Origin: Cetorhinus maximus
Lineage: Eukaryota
NCBI RefSeq assembly: GCF_964194155.1
Contig: NC_135888.1
Span: 15,128,001-15,192,000 of the forward strand
Length of the DNA stretch: 64,000 bases
Reading direction: 5' to 3'
Each line of letters opens with the position of its first letter. The first letter of the stretch is position 1. The position numbers were made by a program, and so were the translations under genes. Shown piece by piece: positions 52,100 through 64,000 of this stretch. The notes under the pieces are model-generated. The model ran no database searches and was not told the DNA's origin. It saw only the letters and a list, made by a program, of their open reading frames with translations.

Positions 52100-52520
52100 A
52101 AAAAAATGGAAGTTCTGGTGAACCTTTATAAAACACTGGCTCAGTCTCAACTAAAGTATTGTGTCCAATTCTGAGCACCACCCTTTAGGAATAGTGTGAA
52201 GGCATTAGAGAGGGCACAGGAAAAAATTATGACAATGGTTCCAGGGATGAGGGACATAGATAGATTAGAGAAGCTGGGGTTATTCACCTTAGAGAAGAGA
52301 AGACGGAGAGGAGATTTGATAGAGGTATTCAAAATCATGAGGGGTCTGTACAGAGTTGATAGGGAGAAACTGTTCCCATTGGCAGAAGGGTCAAGAAACA
52401 GGAGACCCCAACTTAAGGTGAATGGCAAATAACTAAAGGTGACATGAGGAAAAACTTTTTCACACAGCACTTAGTTAGTGGAATATATTGCCTAAGAGGG
52501 AGCCATTTGTGGCTTTCAAC
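52100..52520 (+). mobile_element. CR1 LINE fragment
   Basis: KALERAQ...RLEKLGLFTLEKRRRRGDLIEVFKIMRG. Confidence 0.8.
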
Positions 52521-53491
52521 AGGAAACTATCAATGCGTGTCCTTTATTAATTTTTAAGAATTAATTCTCAGGATGTGGACATTTATTGCCCATTCGTTGT
52601 TGCCCTGAGAAGGTGGTGGTGAGCCTTCTTAAACCACTGCAATTCACATGCTGAATGAACTCCTACAATTTTGTTCGGTAAGGAGTCCTAGGATCTTGAC
52701 CCAATGACTATAAACAGTGATATTAGTCCAAGTCAGGGTGCTATGTGACTTGGAGGTAAGGGTATTTGCAGCCCTTGTCCTTCAAGGTGGGTGTGGTTGT
52801 GTCTGGGAAATGATGTTGAAGAATTGATGAGTTGTCGCATTACATCTTGTAGCCAGTATTCTTACAACATCCCCTTGGCAAAAATTTGTGCTGTTAAATT
52901 TTATCTCAAGAGATATTTGCTAAAAGTCTTGGTTAAACATCAATGAAAAAATGGTGCTTAGGATTTGTTCTGCATAGTCAAACCTTGTTACTGTTACTCG
53001 ACTAATGAAAATGAATATGCATTTAAACACTTAAAGTTATTAGTAAGATTTCAATTTTTCTGCTTCACAGAAGATTGGAAAGAAAATTGCCATTGCTTTG
53101 CTAATGGAGGGGATGGATATGTAGGCTTGAGGCTGAACAATGATTAATTAGACCGATTTGTCCTGGATGGCATCAACTTTCTTAAGCCTTGTTGCAGTTG
53201 CAGCCATCTAGGCAAGTGAGAACATTTAGGTTAAAGTGCATAAGACAGAAGGTGCGGTGGTGGAGGGTTGCGTGGGGAGGGTGTGGTTCAGGGCCCCAGC
53301 TGCAAAGGCAGCTAGTAGAGCCTCCACTACCTCCATTGTACAGGATTAACAAATTGCCGTCATTGAAACTCCAGGCTACAACACAGAATACAGTTCTCCT
53401 GAGGATAGTTCTTGAAATTAGTCCTCTAGATTTTTATCAAATATTTTAGGAAGTAACCAAATAGATTTTATTCAAAATGAAGACTGACACA

Positions 53492-53855
53492 TTGGCATAG
53501 TGGTAATGTCCCTAGGCTAGTTCAGCTAATGCTCTGGGAACATGGATTCAAATCTCACCATGGCAGCTGGTGAAATTTGAATTCAATTAATAAATCTAGA
53601 ATATAAAGCTAGTCTATGGAATGGTGGCCATGACAACTATTATTGATTGTTGTTTAAAAAAAATCTATCTGGTTCACTAATGCTCCTTTAGGGAAGGAAA
53701 TCTGCCGTCCTTACCAGCCTGCATGTGACACCAGACCCATAGCAATGTGGTTGACTCTTAATTGCCTTCTGAAAAGGAAAGTTCAAGGATAGTTAGAGAT
53801 GGGCAACAAATGCTGGCCTTGCCATCGATGCCCACGTCCCATGAAAGAGAAAAGA
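53492..53855 (+). mobile_element. HE1-like SINE
   Basis: same head and tail as 6683-7028. Confidence 0.8.
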
Positions 53856-55417
53856 ATGTCATCTGACTAGCTAAATGCTACTGAAGAAGTCACTGCACAT
53901 AGTCAAATCACAGGATCCAACTTCAGTTAAACGAGGCATTGCAAGTCTAAGGCCAAGACAGCCTGAGGCCTTCATGTAAAAACTTTAATATGAAAAAGCA
54001 ATTTAGTTGATAAATGTAAGCATGTAATTGTGAAATATGGATGCCAACTGAACCGAAGAGTATTTTCAACATTTTTTTGCTTCAGATTTCCAACATTTTC
54101 AGTTTTATGCTTTATGCGAGGAAAAAAAGAACTTGCATTTAAAAAGTGCCCTTCATTACCTTAGGACATCTGAAAGTGTATTACAACTAATTAAGTATTT
54201 TTGAAGTGAAGTCAAGGCTGTAATGTAATGAGCTGGTCATTTACACACCATGATTGTTGGCAATGATGCTGCCGTTGGATTCAAGAAAGGAACAGGACAG
54301 AAAATGCACCAAGAAGGGTGCATATTGTCCTCAACAATAATAACAAAAAAAAGTTCAAACTTTTACCTTCATCTATCTTGTAAGGAACAAGACTAATTTT
54401 CTTGGCACTGTTCTCTGGGAAGCAGGAAAATTGAAATTTTATTAAGAATTTTTAAAAATGTTAAGTGCAATATTCATTTTCATTGGTTAAGTAACAGCAA
54501 CAAGATTTGACCACACAGAACAAATCTTAAGCACCGTTTTGTTCGTTGATGTTTAACCAATACTTTCAAGCAAATGCTACTCCAAGATAAAATCTAACGG
54601 TAGACTTTTGTTTTGGGGTGTTGTAAGAATACTGGCTAACGATACTGTTAGAAATTTTACCATATATTTCTCAAACATTTCTGGGGATTTGGTATGAATG
54701 TATTCCTAATATATTGTTTGTTACTTTTTTAAATTCCAGTTACATATTTACATGCTTTCCAGGCTTTCACCCATACATTTTGGATCTTTTTCTAAAAGAA
54801 TAAATTTGTATTTTTTTAGGTTCAACCAGAAGCCACGAAACAAAATACTGACAATACAAACATATTAGTAACAAGTTCAAATTGTGCACCATTAGTGTCA
54901 CAGGCATTGGTACAAATATCGCAGTAAAATTGAGAATGGAAGCTACCCTTGTATCACTTTTTCAAACTAAACAATCAACAAGAGGGCAATGGTAATAAAT
55001 AATAAAAATGTAAGTGTTTTGTCCACCCTGAATGGGCCTAGTATTGTTCCCCTTTGATCCCTTCACATCAAGGAAGGAAATCGTGGCTGGCTCATGTACT
55101 AATAAAAGGCAGGACATCTTCCGTGCAAAGTAGGGAGCCTCCTTTGCCTAGTCCTGCACTCCAAGGTTCTTCCACAACTTTTCTCAAATTTCATGCTACA
55201 ATCCTACCATCCCTGCACTATAACCTGCTTCCAGATTCATATTTCTGAAGATTGTGGGTGTACAACGAGGGTTCTCTTGATGGATTATAAGCTTCTTCAA
55301 CACAATGTTGACAGAATCATTGTGTGGAGAGTTTTAACATTACACAGTAATCCCAACAATATATCTTAGATTTGTGATCAATGACAGTTCCCATGGCTCA
55401 TAACCTGAGACCATCGC

Positions 55418-56770
55418 TGTGTTATGAATATGTAATTTCATGATTCAAATGTTTTAGGAATATAACTTTAGTTAGGAATTGAACGTTTAAATGTAAGATG
55501 AATGGAAATATCTGATTGAGAAACTGGTAAATAACATGAAGTAAGGGCAATTCAAACAGACTTGAGTAGTTACAGTTCAAAGAGGAACTTTTATTGTGTT
55601 GCTGGAATGGTAGTAAAAGATATTCACATCTAGAATTATAATGGATACTTTGGATCTATCTGGAGGAGCCAGTTTGTCTCAAGACATCTCGGAAAATGCT
55701 TTGAAGTTGGAGTGTAAACCGGGGAGAATTCAATTGTCCATATAGATTGACCAGATCGAAAAAGCTAAAAGCAACTTGTAAATGCTGGAGGTTTTTTTAT
55801 GGAATCAGTAAGCCTAGTAAGAGAATCATTGTCTCCATTAGCGATATAAATTATTCAGGTGGATCTCAGAATCAAAGGGTAGTTTTGAAGGTAAAAGAAA
55901 ATTAGTTTAAATTTCTGTTTGGAATCCCAAGTATGCCACATTGCTATGGAGATAGGCTATGCAGGGAGATTTTTGTGAGTAGTGTTTATGTGTGTTTTTC
56001 TCATAGAAGCAACTGAGTCAGCTTGGAAGGCTGTGAGAAGGCATTTGTGTATCTGCCAATAGTCAGAACAAGAAACATAGAGGCCATTAGGAATCAGGAA
56101 TCCTGATCTGGAGTCACTAAGCAGGAATTGCAAGTGGTGCTCATGCTCGGAATGAAAGGTGCATGAGGAATTAAAATTGGCAGATCTGCCTGGTAAGACT
56201 AATGGAAGAGATTGCCAGTGGAATCCTCACAGAGATATCTTTGGAGGCCTAAGTGCCAGACTGGGAAACTGAGGAGAATTAGTGAATTCCTAAGAACTGT
56301 GACACAACTTGGTTTGGGCTCAAATGTAAGATTTGTGTGTTTGGTAACTTTTATTGGATTTTTTCATCTGCCAATCCACACACAAATCTGTTTCCTAATG
56401 TATGGTCTAAGAGTCAACCAAAGTTGCAATGTAGTGATAAACTCTTCAGTGCTACAATTGACTCACCAACTGTTTTGCTACTTTTCTGGTTTCTGGTTCC
56501 AAACTTGTAGCTTTCTGTTATCTCATGTGGCTTAGGATGGAAATGTTCCTCCAACTTGATGATGATGATTGTTTTGAATGGCAAATCTTTTTCCTTATTG
56601 ACAGCGAGGAGATTTATTAGTGTGCCATCCATTTCCCGGCCAATCTCTGTTAGCAAAATTGTCATGTGCTCAAGACACTTTATTCTGAATTCGGACCCCT
56701 TCAGTTTCACCTTCAAGCTCTGAAAAACCTGACCATTCTTTCAACTGATGAACTGAATTCTTCACGAGCT
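55418..56770. mobile_element. LTR-retrotransposon debris: LTR-like segment followed by a minus-strand Gypsy gag fragment
   Basis: ORF 56414..56716 KLEEHFHPKP...YKFGTRNQ...VALKSLSLHCNFG resembles Gypsy gag; the LTR part is recognised only loosely (tgt start). Confidence 0.55.
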
Positions 56771-58085
56771 CTAACATATGTTCCTAGCCTTCCCATGTAC
56801 CCCATGGGGGCAGCCATATTCTGGCATTTCAAATGCAACACAGTACTTTCACCGTGGTGGTCCGTAATAGTGATACAGATGCTAAGTCAGCCTAGGTAAA
56901 ACAAACTTACCCAAGCCAGTCTAGTCAATAGTTGAATAAGATGATCACTAGGACCATGTAGCAGCCGATTTGACTGATAGTGGTCCCACAATATCTGGAA
57001 CAGTGAGGCTCAGCACAATCCGATTGAAATCTCCGCCTTCTGAACTTGTTCATCACAGCCCTTTACTGCCTTTTACTGCCAACATTTTTGTACTTTGTTT
57101 CCATTTTGTAGTCAAAATCCATTACATAATAGGTGGCACTTGCATAGAAAGACAGACACCCAGATAGCCAGTTCACATGTTTAATAATGTCAATGTGCAT
57201 CGCGCATGCTTATAATGTATGAATATACTACAATGTACAATTTGGAGGCATCCAAGGAGGAGTACAAGATTAATATTTTTGCAGTGCAGGCTCAGCTGCA
57301 AACTACTATAGAGAGCGTGGCCACTTTGAGAAACTTTGCAGCAAAGGTGCTTAGCTCAGGCATAGGTTATTTAAAGAATGCTATGGCTTCTCATTAAGTT
57401 GAGAAATGTAGACCTTAATCTACAAAAGCCTGTCTGGTCTGCATGTACCAGGCTGGGAAATCAGATTAAGGTAATCTAACCCATGATTTCAGCAGCCTCA
57501 ATGCTGTCCAGTGAGCTGTTCTTATAAAAATCCTTCACTAAGCAGAAGCAATGTCAGGAGCTGCTATGGATCATGGCAATGTCTCTCAGGGCAAGATCAC
57601 ATCTGTAATTTAAAAGGTGCAGAAAATAAATTAAACATTAAAATAGTTGAAGCTCCATAGAAGCAGCAAGATTCTGCTTTCCACCAAATGTTCCATTCTC
57701 ATTCACTTGAAAAACATTCATTTGTAACTTGATTTTTCTTAACTCACAGTTTATGTGGTCCATGTTGTTGCTTGTGTTTGGGACCTGTAGCAGTCCATTC
57801 CTTATTTCCACACAAGTACAAAAACTTTCTTAGGACTGATTTTAGTGATTAATATATTGTAATGTGGCAAAAATGAGAAAGACAAAAGGCAACAAAAATG
57901 AAACAAGGTTGCAATATTGGGTAACACCAACAATCTTGTTAAACTCGTGGTTAAAATGGCTCTTAGCCCATATGTTAGTGCAATCTCATTTTACAGATAC
58001 CGCAGGCTAATGTAACAAAAGTATACTCTTGCCCATTGTCCATGTCAATTGGTTTACTGATCTGAAGCAAGACATGGTGGCTTAC

Positions 58086-58200
58086 TATAAATATTGGTCA
58101 CATTTTGGAAAAAACCAACAACAGGTATTGAAAGAGTGTGGGGAGCAAGAAGCATCTCTGTCAAGCAAGAGGGACCAACAGTGAAAGATTGTTGAAATAG
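58086..58200 (+). promoter_or_regulatory. TATA box (TATAAATA 58086-58093) and candidate non-coding exon ending at 58200
   Basis: strong donor ATAG|gtaagt at 58201; an alternative acceptor ttttacag at 57996 would instead make it an internal exon. Confidence 0.45.
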
Positions 58201-58852
58201 GTAAGTAATGGAGTGGTTACTACAAACAGCGCAGGCTATATTTTACAATTGTATGTTTATCTCTAACTATTTAGCCCAACTAAACACTTTAGTTCGGCCT
58301 TTCACAGTAATCAGAAATATATAAATCAAGCACAATTGAAATAATGATCATTGTCATTAAATGTTTTGTGGAAAGCTATATGATACTGATAGTATAAGAT
58401 GAATTCTATTGAAAGTCTCTGCTATGGTACCTGCAGAATTACTTTCCCTTCCAGTGTGATGTGTACTTTGCGTACTAAATTTATGTGAGCCATGTAAAAA
58501 AAAAACTTTCTAACTTTAAGAAGACCTTAATATTTCTTCCTTCAATAGTAGCGGATCAATTGAAATTGAGCTAGAGGAATAATTACCTGTGAAAATATTC
58601 TGAATGTAGATATTTGGTGTCAGAATGAGATGCTGGTGCTGCATCACTAGAGCCTCCAGGCTCTTCTGTTGAGATGGGTTTCCAATAATTTGCAGAGCAG
58701 ACATTGTAAAGTGGTTATTCTCTTATGATTAAGGCTTATCCTAAATACTATTCTCATTGTTTTTCTGTCCAGCCTGCATTAGAACAGTGCACTCATTGTA
58801 GTACCTGGATATACAAAAAAAAGGGTGAACAAGAATTAAAAGGATATCACCA

Positions 58853-58910
58853 ATGGAGACAGTTCTGTGGGTGATATTACTGATTGTCTTAGGATCACAG
58901 GCACAAGCAG
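58853..58910 (+). CDS. signal-peptide exon of an unidentified secreted protein (exon begins 58773)
   Basis: METVLWVILLIVLGSQAQA: hydrophobic core plus A-x-A cleavage motif; ttttctgtccag acceptor, CAG|gtaagt phase-1 donor. Confidence 0.75.
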
Positions 58911-59332
58911 GTAAGTCTGTGTTAAATTCCAACAGTTCTTATTGACAAGTGACACACAAATTAAAATGTAACCCTTTTTTCATGACTCAAGCTCATCCTG
59001 AGGTAATTATCCAAACTCTGGAGGTAGCAAAATGTTAACAAGAAAAACTGGGCAAGATGCTTAAAATTACCGAAATTTAATGAGCAATCTGGATGTTTTA
59101 ATTAGAGCCAGAGTTGCCAGAAGGCATATTGTATATCACAGAAGAAAAAAAAAACAGCTAAGTATACTTGATTACATTTAGGGGTAATAAAAAAAAATTA
59201 AACTCTGTAAATTCCCAACTGATGGGATGAACCATGTTAACAATAGCACATTAACACACCACCAGAAAGGATGGAATAGTGTAATGATTGTGAGTCTAGC
59301 TGATATGATTGTAACTGTTTTTTGTTTGACAG

Positions 59333-59481
59333 GCTCTCTGCATATACCTGGAAATGAAATTGTGAAGGAAAATAGCCCTGAGTTTAAAAACCCTGATATT
59401 CGAGAAATTTATGATAGTGTTGAAGGCACTGACAGTCATAAAGGAGTAAATGCACAAAATCGTCAGGAAAAACCAAAAGGG
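59333..59481 (+). CDS. second coding exon of the unidentified secreted protein
   Basis: ttttttgtttgacag acceptor in the matching phase; open for (G)SLHIPGNEIVKENSPEFKNPDIREIYDSVEGTDSHKGVNAQNRQEKPKG; donor gtaact at 59482 or read-on to TAA at 59493. Confidence 0.7.
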
Positions 59482-59869
59482 GTAACTGCATAATCTTTAA
59501 AAGGAATGTATTTCCTTTCTTGAAAATAGATTATTGAAATTATTTTGACTGAGCAGATTCATATAACAAATATTAAAACTGGCTAATTAAAAATGAAGTA
59601 ATACACCATTGTGATTTACAGTTATATGTGGTCAAAGAACTAATTATCAATCTGATCTTTTGGAGCAGAATACGATGTGGGTTTGTTAGAGCTCTAACAA
59701 GCTGATCAGATGGGTTTATATCCATAGTATCTTGTAAGGAGAGTTCCCAATCTCATCCACCCAGCCTTTGCTTTGATTTTGACTGTATATTGGTTTAACT
59801 TCATGCCTGCCATGCTCTGGTTTATACACTACAGTACATCTTACTAAACAGTACAGGTATAATTCTTCA

Positions 59870-60510
59870 TTGGGACTTTCCTTCTGCCCTGCCCCATGAT
59901 AGCCAACACTATAAATGGATCCCGCTCAAGCACTGCATGCCTCCCTTTCAAACTTGTTATCATTGCTCACTCCCCACCAAAAAAAAACATTCCTGACCAT
60001 CTTTTCTTGCTAACTGCTGCCTCCTTTCTAATCTTTCTATCCTCTTAAGCTCTTTGAACATATGATTATTTCCTGACTCTCCATTAGCTCTGTGTTTGAA
60101 TCCCTCCAATCTGTTTTCTGCCCCTCACTGGCATGGTAAAGTGTTAGAAATTGGTATTTTCTATTGTGAAATGAGCACAGAGTGTACTAGTTTTGCAATG
60201 GCTTTTGTCAAATGGCCTTACTGTGTCCTTGGCGCATTATTCCTCTTCAGCCTCTCTGCAGTCTTCAACATGTTAACCACACCATTCTTGTGCACCCTCT
60301 CCTCCAAAAGTGCCAACTCTAAGACTGACCTCACGTTGTTCCACCTATCTAATTATAGCCAAGTAACACTAATAATGGCCTCTCTTCTCACCCTTACACG
60401 CAAGGAGCTGAATGGTCTACTCCACATATGGTGTTGCCAAGAGGATTCATTCTGGACCCCTTTTTCTTCCTCATTAATATGCTGTGTCTTGGCAACGGCA
60501 TCTGCCAACA
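59870..60510 (+). mobile_element. degraded L2 RT fragment carrying a 77-bp foreign insert
   Basis: gaatccctccaatctg.tttctgcccc (ESLQS.F.P) and ggtgttgccaagaggattcattctggacccc (GVPQGSILGP-like). Confidence 0.55.
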
Positions 60511-61807
60511 TGGATCATAGGAACAATATAGACCATTCAGCCCCTTGAGGCTGTTCCACCATTCAATCAGATTAGCACTGATCCATATTTTAATTCCATT
60601 TACCTGCATTGATTCCATATCCATTAATAATTTTACCTAACAAAAAAATTCTTTCAATCTCAGTTTTAAAATTTTCAATTAATCAAGCCTCAACAGGATT
60701 TTGGGAGTTCCAGGCTGTCACTACCCACTGTGTGATGAAGCAGTTCCTGATTTTGTAGCATAAAGGCCAAATGTTAAATATGTAAATATATAGTTTCCAT
60801 CATCAGTGACATAAGATCACATGACAACAGAGCATGGAGAGAGATATTTCTATGTAGAACCTCATGCTAAGTCTGTATTGTATGTGCTTAGTATAATGTT
60901 CAATAAAAAGTAGAGTTTACCAACAGCCTTGCCTCCAGCATTATCCGTAAGTCCAGACCAATGCCTACAACATCTAAGACCCATAACAATAACAATCGAG
61001 ATTTCACCTCCGAGTGACCTAATCCAAAATTTAATAACATTCACCACAACCTTTATCTCAGCCCATCTATCACTGAAAACCTCATACACACTTTTACCAA
61101 CTCTTGACTCAATTTCTCCTTGTCAGCCTCCAGTTTCCACTCACCACAAACTCTGAGTCACCGAAACTTTTTTTGCTGGAACCCTATCCCCCAACAGATT
61201 TTGCTCATCCATTACCCCTGACTTCACTGACCTACATTGGCCTTGGTTTCCTTGTAGATTAAATTTTAATGTGTGTTCCTCTGTTTCGGTTCTCAATGAT
61301 TTTTGCTTTCTACTATCTCCGTAACTACCTTCAATACAGCAGCTCTCCTTCTACAGATCTCCCTTCCTCCAATTCCGGCTTCTTGTTCATCCATTCTCCT
61401 TTCATTCCATTACAGGTGGCTTTTGTCTTCAGCCACCTTGACCTCACTCTCTGGCATTCCCTCACTAAATCCTCTGCCTCTCTACCTCCCCTCCACTGTT
61501 TTTAAAGCACTCTTTAAAGCTCAGCTCTTCAACTACAAGCATTTGTTCATCCCTCCTAATCTGCTCATCCATTTTCCTCAAATCTCTCTGAAGCGCCTTG
61601 GGATAATTTCTACATATAAGGCATATATACTTGAACATTTTCGTTGATGGTAGTGGTGGTGTTCATCCAGTTACACAACACAAGCAGTCTACCTACAATA
61701 ATTGCTGATTTCCAAAACATGCCATGTGGCTTTCTTAATTAAGATTATATTAGTATTCAGGGCACATCATAAACTGGGACATGTATATAAACAAGTCTGT
61801 TAGCTTT

Positions 61808-62596
61808 GAAACAAAAACAGAATTACCTGGAAAAACTCAGCAGGTCTGGCAGCATCGGTGGAGAAGAAAAGAGTCGACGTTTTGAGTCCACATGACCCTT
61901 CAACAGAACTGAAGCATAGTTAGGAGAGGGGTGAAATATAAGCTAGTTTAAGGTGGGGGGCGGGGGGAGAGAAGTTGAGGGTGGGGTGGTTGTAGGGACA
62001 AGCAAGCAGTGATAGGAGCAGATAATCAAAAGATGTCACAGACAAAAGGATCAAAGAGGTGTTGAAGGTGGTGATATTATCTAAGAAAATGTGCTAATTA
62101 AGAATGGATGGCAGGACACTCAAGGTACAGCTCTAGTGGGGGTGGGGTGGAAAGACTGACAAGGTATTAGTTGTAGATTTAAAAATAATGGAAATAGGTG
62201 GGAAAAGAAAAATCTATATAAATTATTGAAAAAAACAAAAGGGAGGGGGAAGAAACGGGGTGGGGATGGGGGGCAGCCCGGAAGGCTGTAAAGTGCCTAG
62301 TCGGAAGATGAGGTGATGTTCCTCCAGTTTGCACTGGGCTTCACTGGAACAGTGCAGCAAGCCAAGGACAGACATGTGGGCAAGAGAGCAGGGTGGAGTG
62401 TTAAAATGGCAAGCGACAGGGAGGTTTGGGTCTTTCTTGCGGACAGACCGCAGGTGTTCTGCAAAGCGGTCGCCCAGTTTGCGTTTGGTCTTACCAATGT
62501 AGAGGAGACCGCATTGGGAGCAACGAATGCAGTAGACTAAGTTAGGGGAAATGCAAGTGAAATGCTGCTTCACTTGAAAGGAGTGTTTGGGCCCTT
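61808..62596 (-). mobile_element. Penelope-like element with GIY-YIG endonuclease domain
   Basis: ORF 62223..62573 NLVYCIRCSQCGLLYIGKTKRKLGDRFAEHLRSV...EEHHLIFRLGTLQPSGL. Confidence 0.9.
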
Positions 62597-62985
62597 GATA
62601 TCTGTTTAGGTTTCTGCTCAGTTCTCACTGGCATGGTAAATTGTTAGAAATTGGTATTTTCTAGTGTGAAATGTGCACAGAGTGAACAAATTTTGCAGTG
62701 TGCCACCGTCCTATATGTATTGGCAATGGTCCCACTGTTAAAAGTCATGTAGCCTATTTGTTTTTAGATGTCTGCAACTTCACACTTTAAAAATAATTCT
62801 CAATCATTCTTGAATCCCTCCATGGCCTTATCCCTCTCTAACTCTGTAATCTCGTCCAGCCCTACAATCGTCCAAGTACTCTGCACTCTTCCAACATCGG
62901 CTTCCATTTCTCCCTTTGCCCAACCATTGATGGCCATTTGCTCATCCATCTAGGTCCTATGCTCAGAACTTCCTGCAATAAATGG

Positions 62986-63199
62986 TAGGATACTAAGAAG
63001 TATAGAGGGTCAGAGGAACGTTGAAGTGCAGGTCTACAGATCCCTGAGGTAACAGGACAGGAGATAAGACAGTTAAGAAGGCAAACGGGATACTATTCTT
63101 CATTAGCCAAGACAGAATATAAGAGCAGGGTGGTTATGCTTGAGCTGTGAAGGTACTAGTTAGGCCACAGCTAGAGTTCTGTGTACAGTCTGGTCACCA
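62986..63199 (+). mobile_element. CR1 fragment, inverted copy of 63749-63965
   Basis: reverse-complement alignment by eye with shared unusual variants. Confidence 0.7.
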
Positions 63200-63289
63200 G
63201 AATAGAGGAAACTCTCTGGATTTCCACCTCTTTCTTCCTTAAAATCTACCTCTTTAATCAAGCTTTTAGTCACAAACCTTAATCATTGA

Positions 63290-64000
63290 ATCATAGAAAT
63301 TTAAGGCAGAGGCCAAAAAAGAACTTTCCAGCTCTTAGTCCATAACATTGTAGGTTAATGCACTTGAAGTACATATCCAAATCCCTCTTAAATGTATTGA
63401 GGATTTCTGCCTCCAGCACTTTTCAGGCAGTGGGTTCTGGATTACCCCACCCTCATGGTGAAAACACTTCTCCCCAGTTCTCCCCTAATCCTTCTACCAA
63501 TTACATTAAATGTATGCCTCCTGGTTATTGACCTCTCTGCCAAAGGAAGTAAGTCCTTCCCATCCACTCTGTCTAGGCCCCTCATAATTTTATACATCTC
63601 AATTAAATTTCCCTTTGTCTCTTCTGTTCCAAAGGTAAACAATTCCAGTCTGTCCAATTTTTCTTCATTGCTAAAATTTTCCAGTCCAGGCAACATCCTT
63701 GTAAATCTCCTTTACCCTTTCTAGCACATTTGCTTCTTTCCTGCATTGTGGTGACCAGACTGTACATTAGTACTCTAGCTGTGGCCTAACTAGTACCTCT
63801 ACAGCTCTAGCATAACTTCCCTGCTCTTATATTCTATGCCTTGGCTGATAAAGAATAGTATCCCATATGCCTCCTTAACTGCCTTATCTACCTGTACTGC
63901 TACTTCAGGGATCTGTAGCCTGCACTTCAAGGTCCCTTTGCTCCTCTATACTTCTCAGTATCCTAACATTTATTGTGTATTCCCTTGTCTTGTTTGCCCT
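63290..64000 (-). mobile_element. CR1 LINE 3' part, runs off the window
   Basis: MLPGLENFSNEEKLDRLELF...LIEMYKIMRGLDRVD. Confidence 0.85.

Noticed and set aside
58182-58184. In-frame TGA as selenocysteine or readthrough linking the uORF to the signal-peptide ATG
   Set aside because: The frame does match after splicing, but further TAG and TGA stops lie in 58773-58852
62690-62710. Iron-responsive element (CAGTGT)
   Set aside because: Flanks do not form the required 5-bp upper stem with bulged C
47000-64000. SPOUT1 expected by human synteny
   Set aside because: No CpG island or recognisable SPOUT1 coding exon seen in this interval

Overview
Eukaryotic genomic DNA, most likely from a cartilaginous fish (inferred from the shark-type CR1/HER1-like LINEs, tRNA-derived SINEs and Penelope-like elements). 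The main gene is a complete 12-coding-exon kynurenine aminotransferase 1 (KYAT1/CCBL1) on the + strand (CDS 20754..46592, 1260 nt, 419 aa; all introns GT-AG and in phase). It appears to be driven from a CpG island at about 11.5-12.2 kb that also carries a minus-strand first exon; by vertebrate synteny this is probably LRRC8A, but none of its coding sequence is visible here. A 1.5-kb, 28-bp G-rich minisatellite lies just inside that minus-strand first intron and explains all the long six-frame ORFs at 9.9-11.4 kb. At 58-59.5 kb are the 5' exons of a secreted-protein gene I cannot identify. Most remaining sequence is transposon debris (CR1, HER1-like, L2, RTE, Tx1, Penelope, Harbinger, Gypsy/LTR, SINEs); repeat boundaries were read by eye and are approximate. 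I see no clear novel multi-gene system. The best leads are the unidentified secreted-protein gene, a three-exon open frame in the minus-strand leader, degenerate hammerhead ribozyme cores in the Penelope ends, a 19-nt KYAT1 leader micro-exon, and two locally templated insertions.
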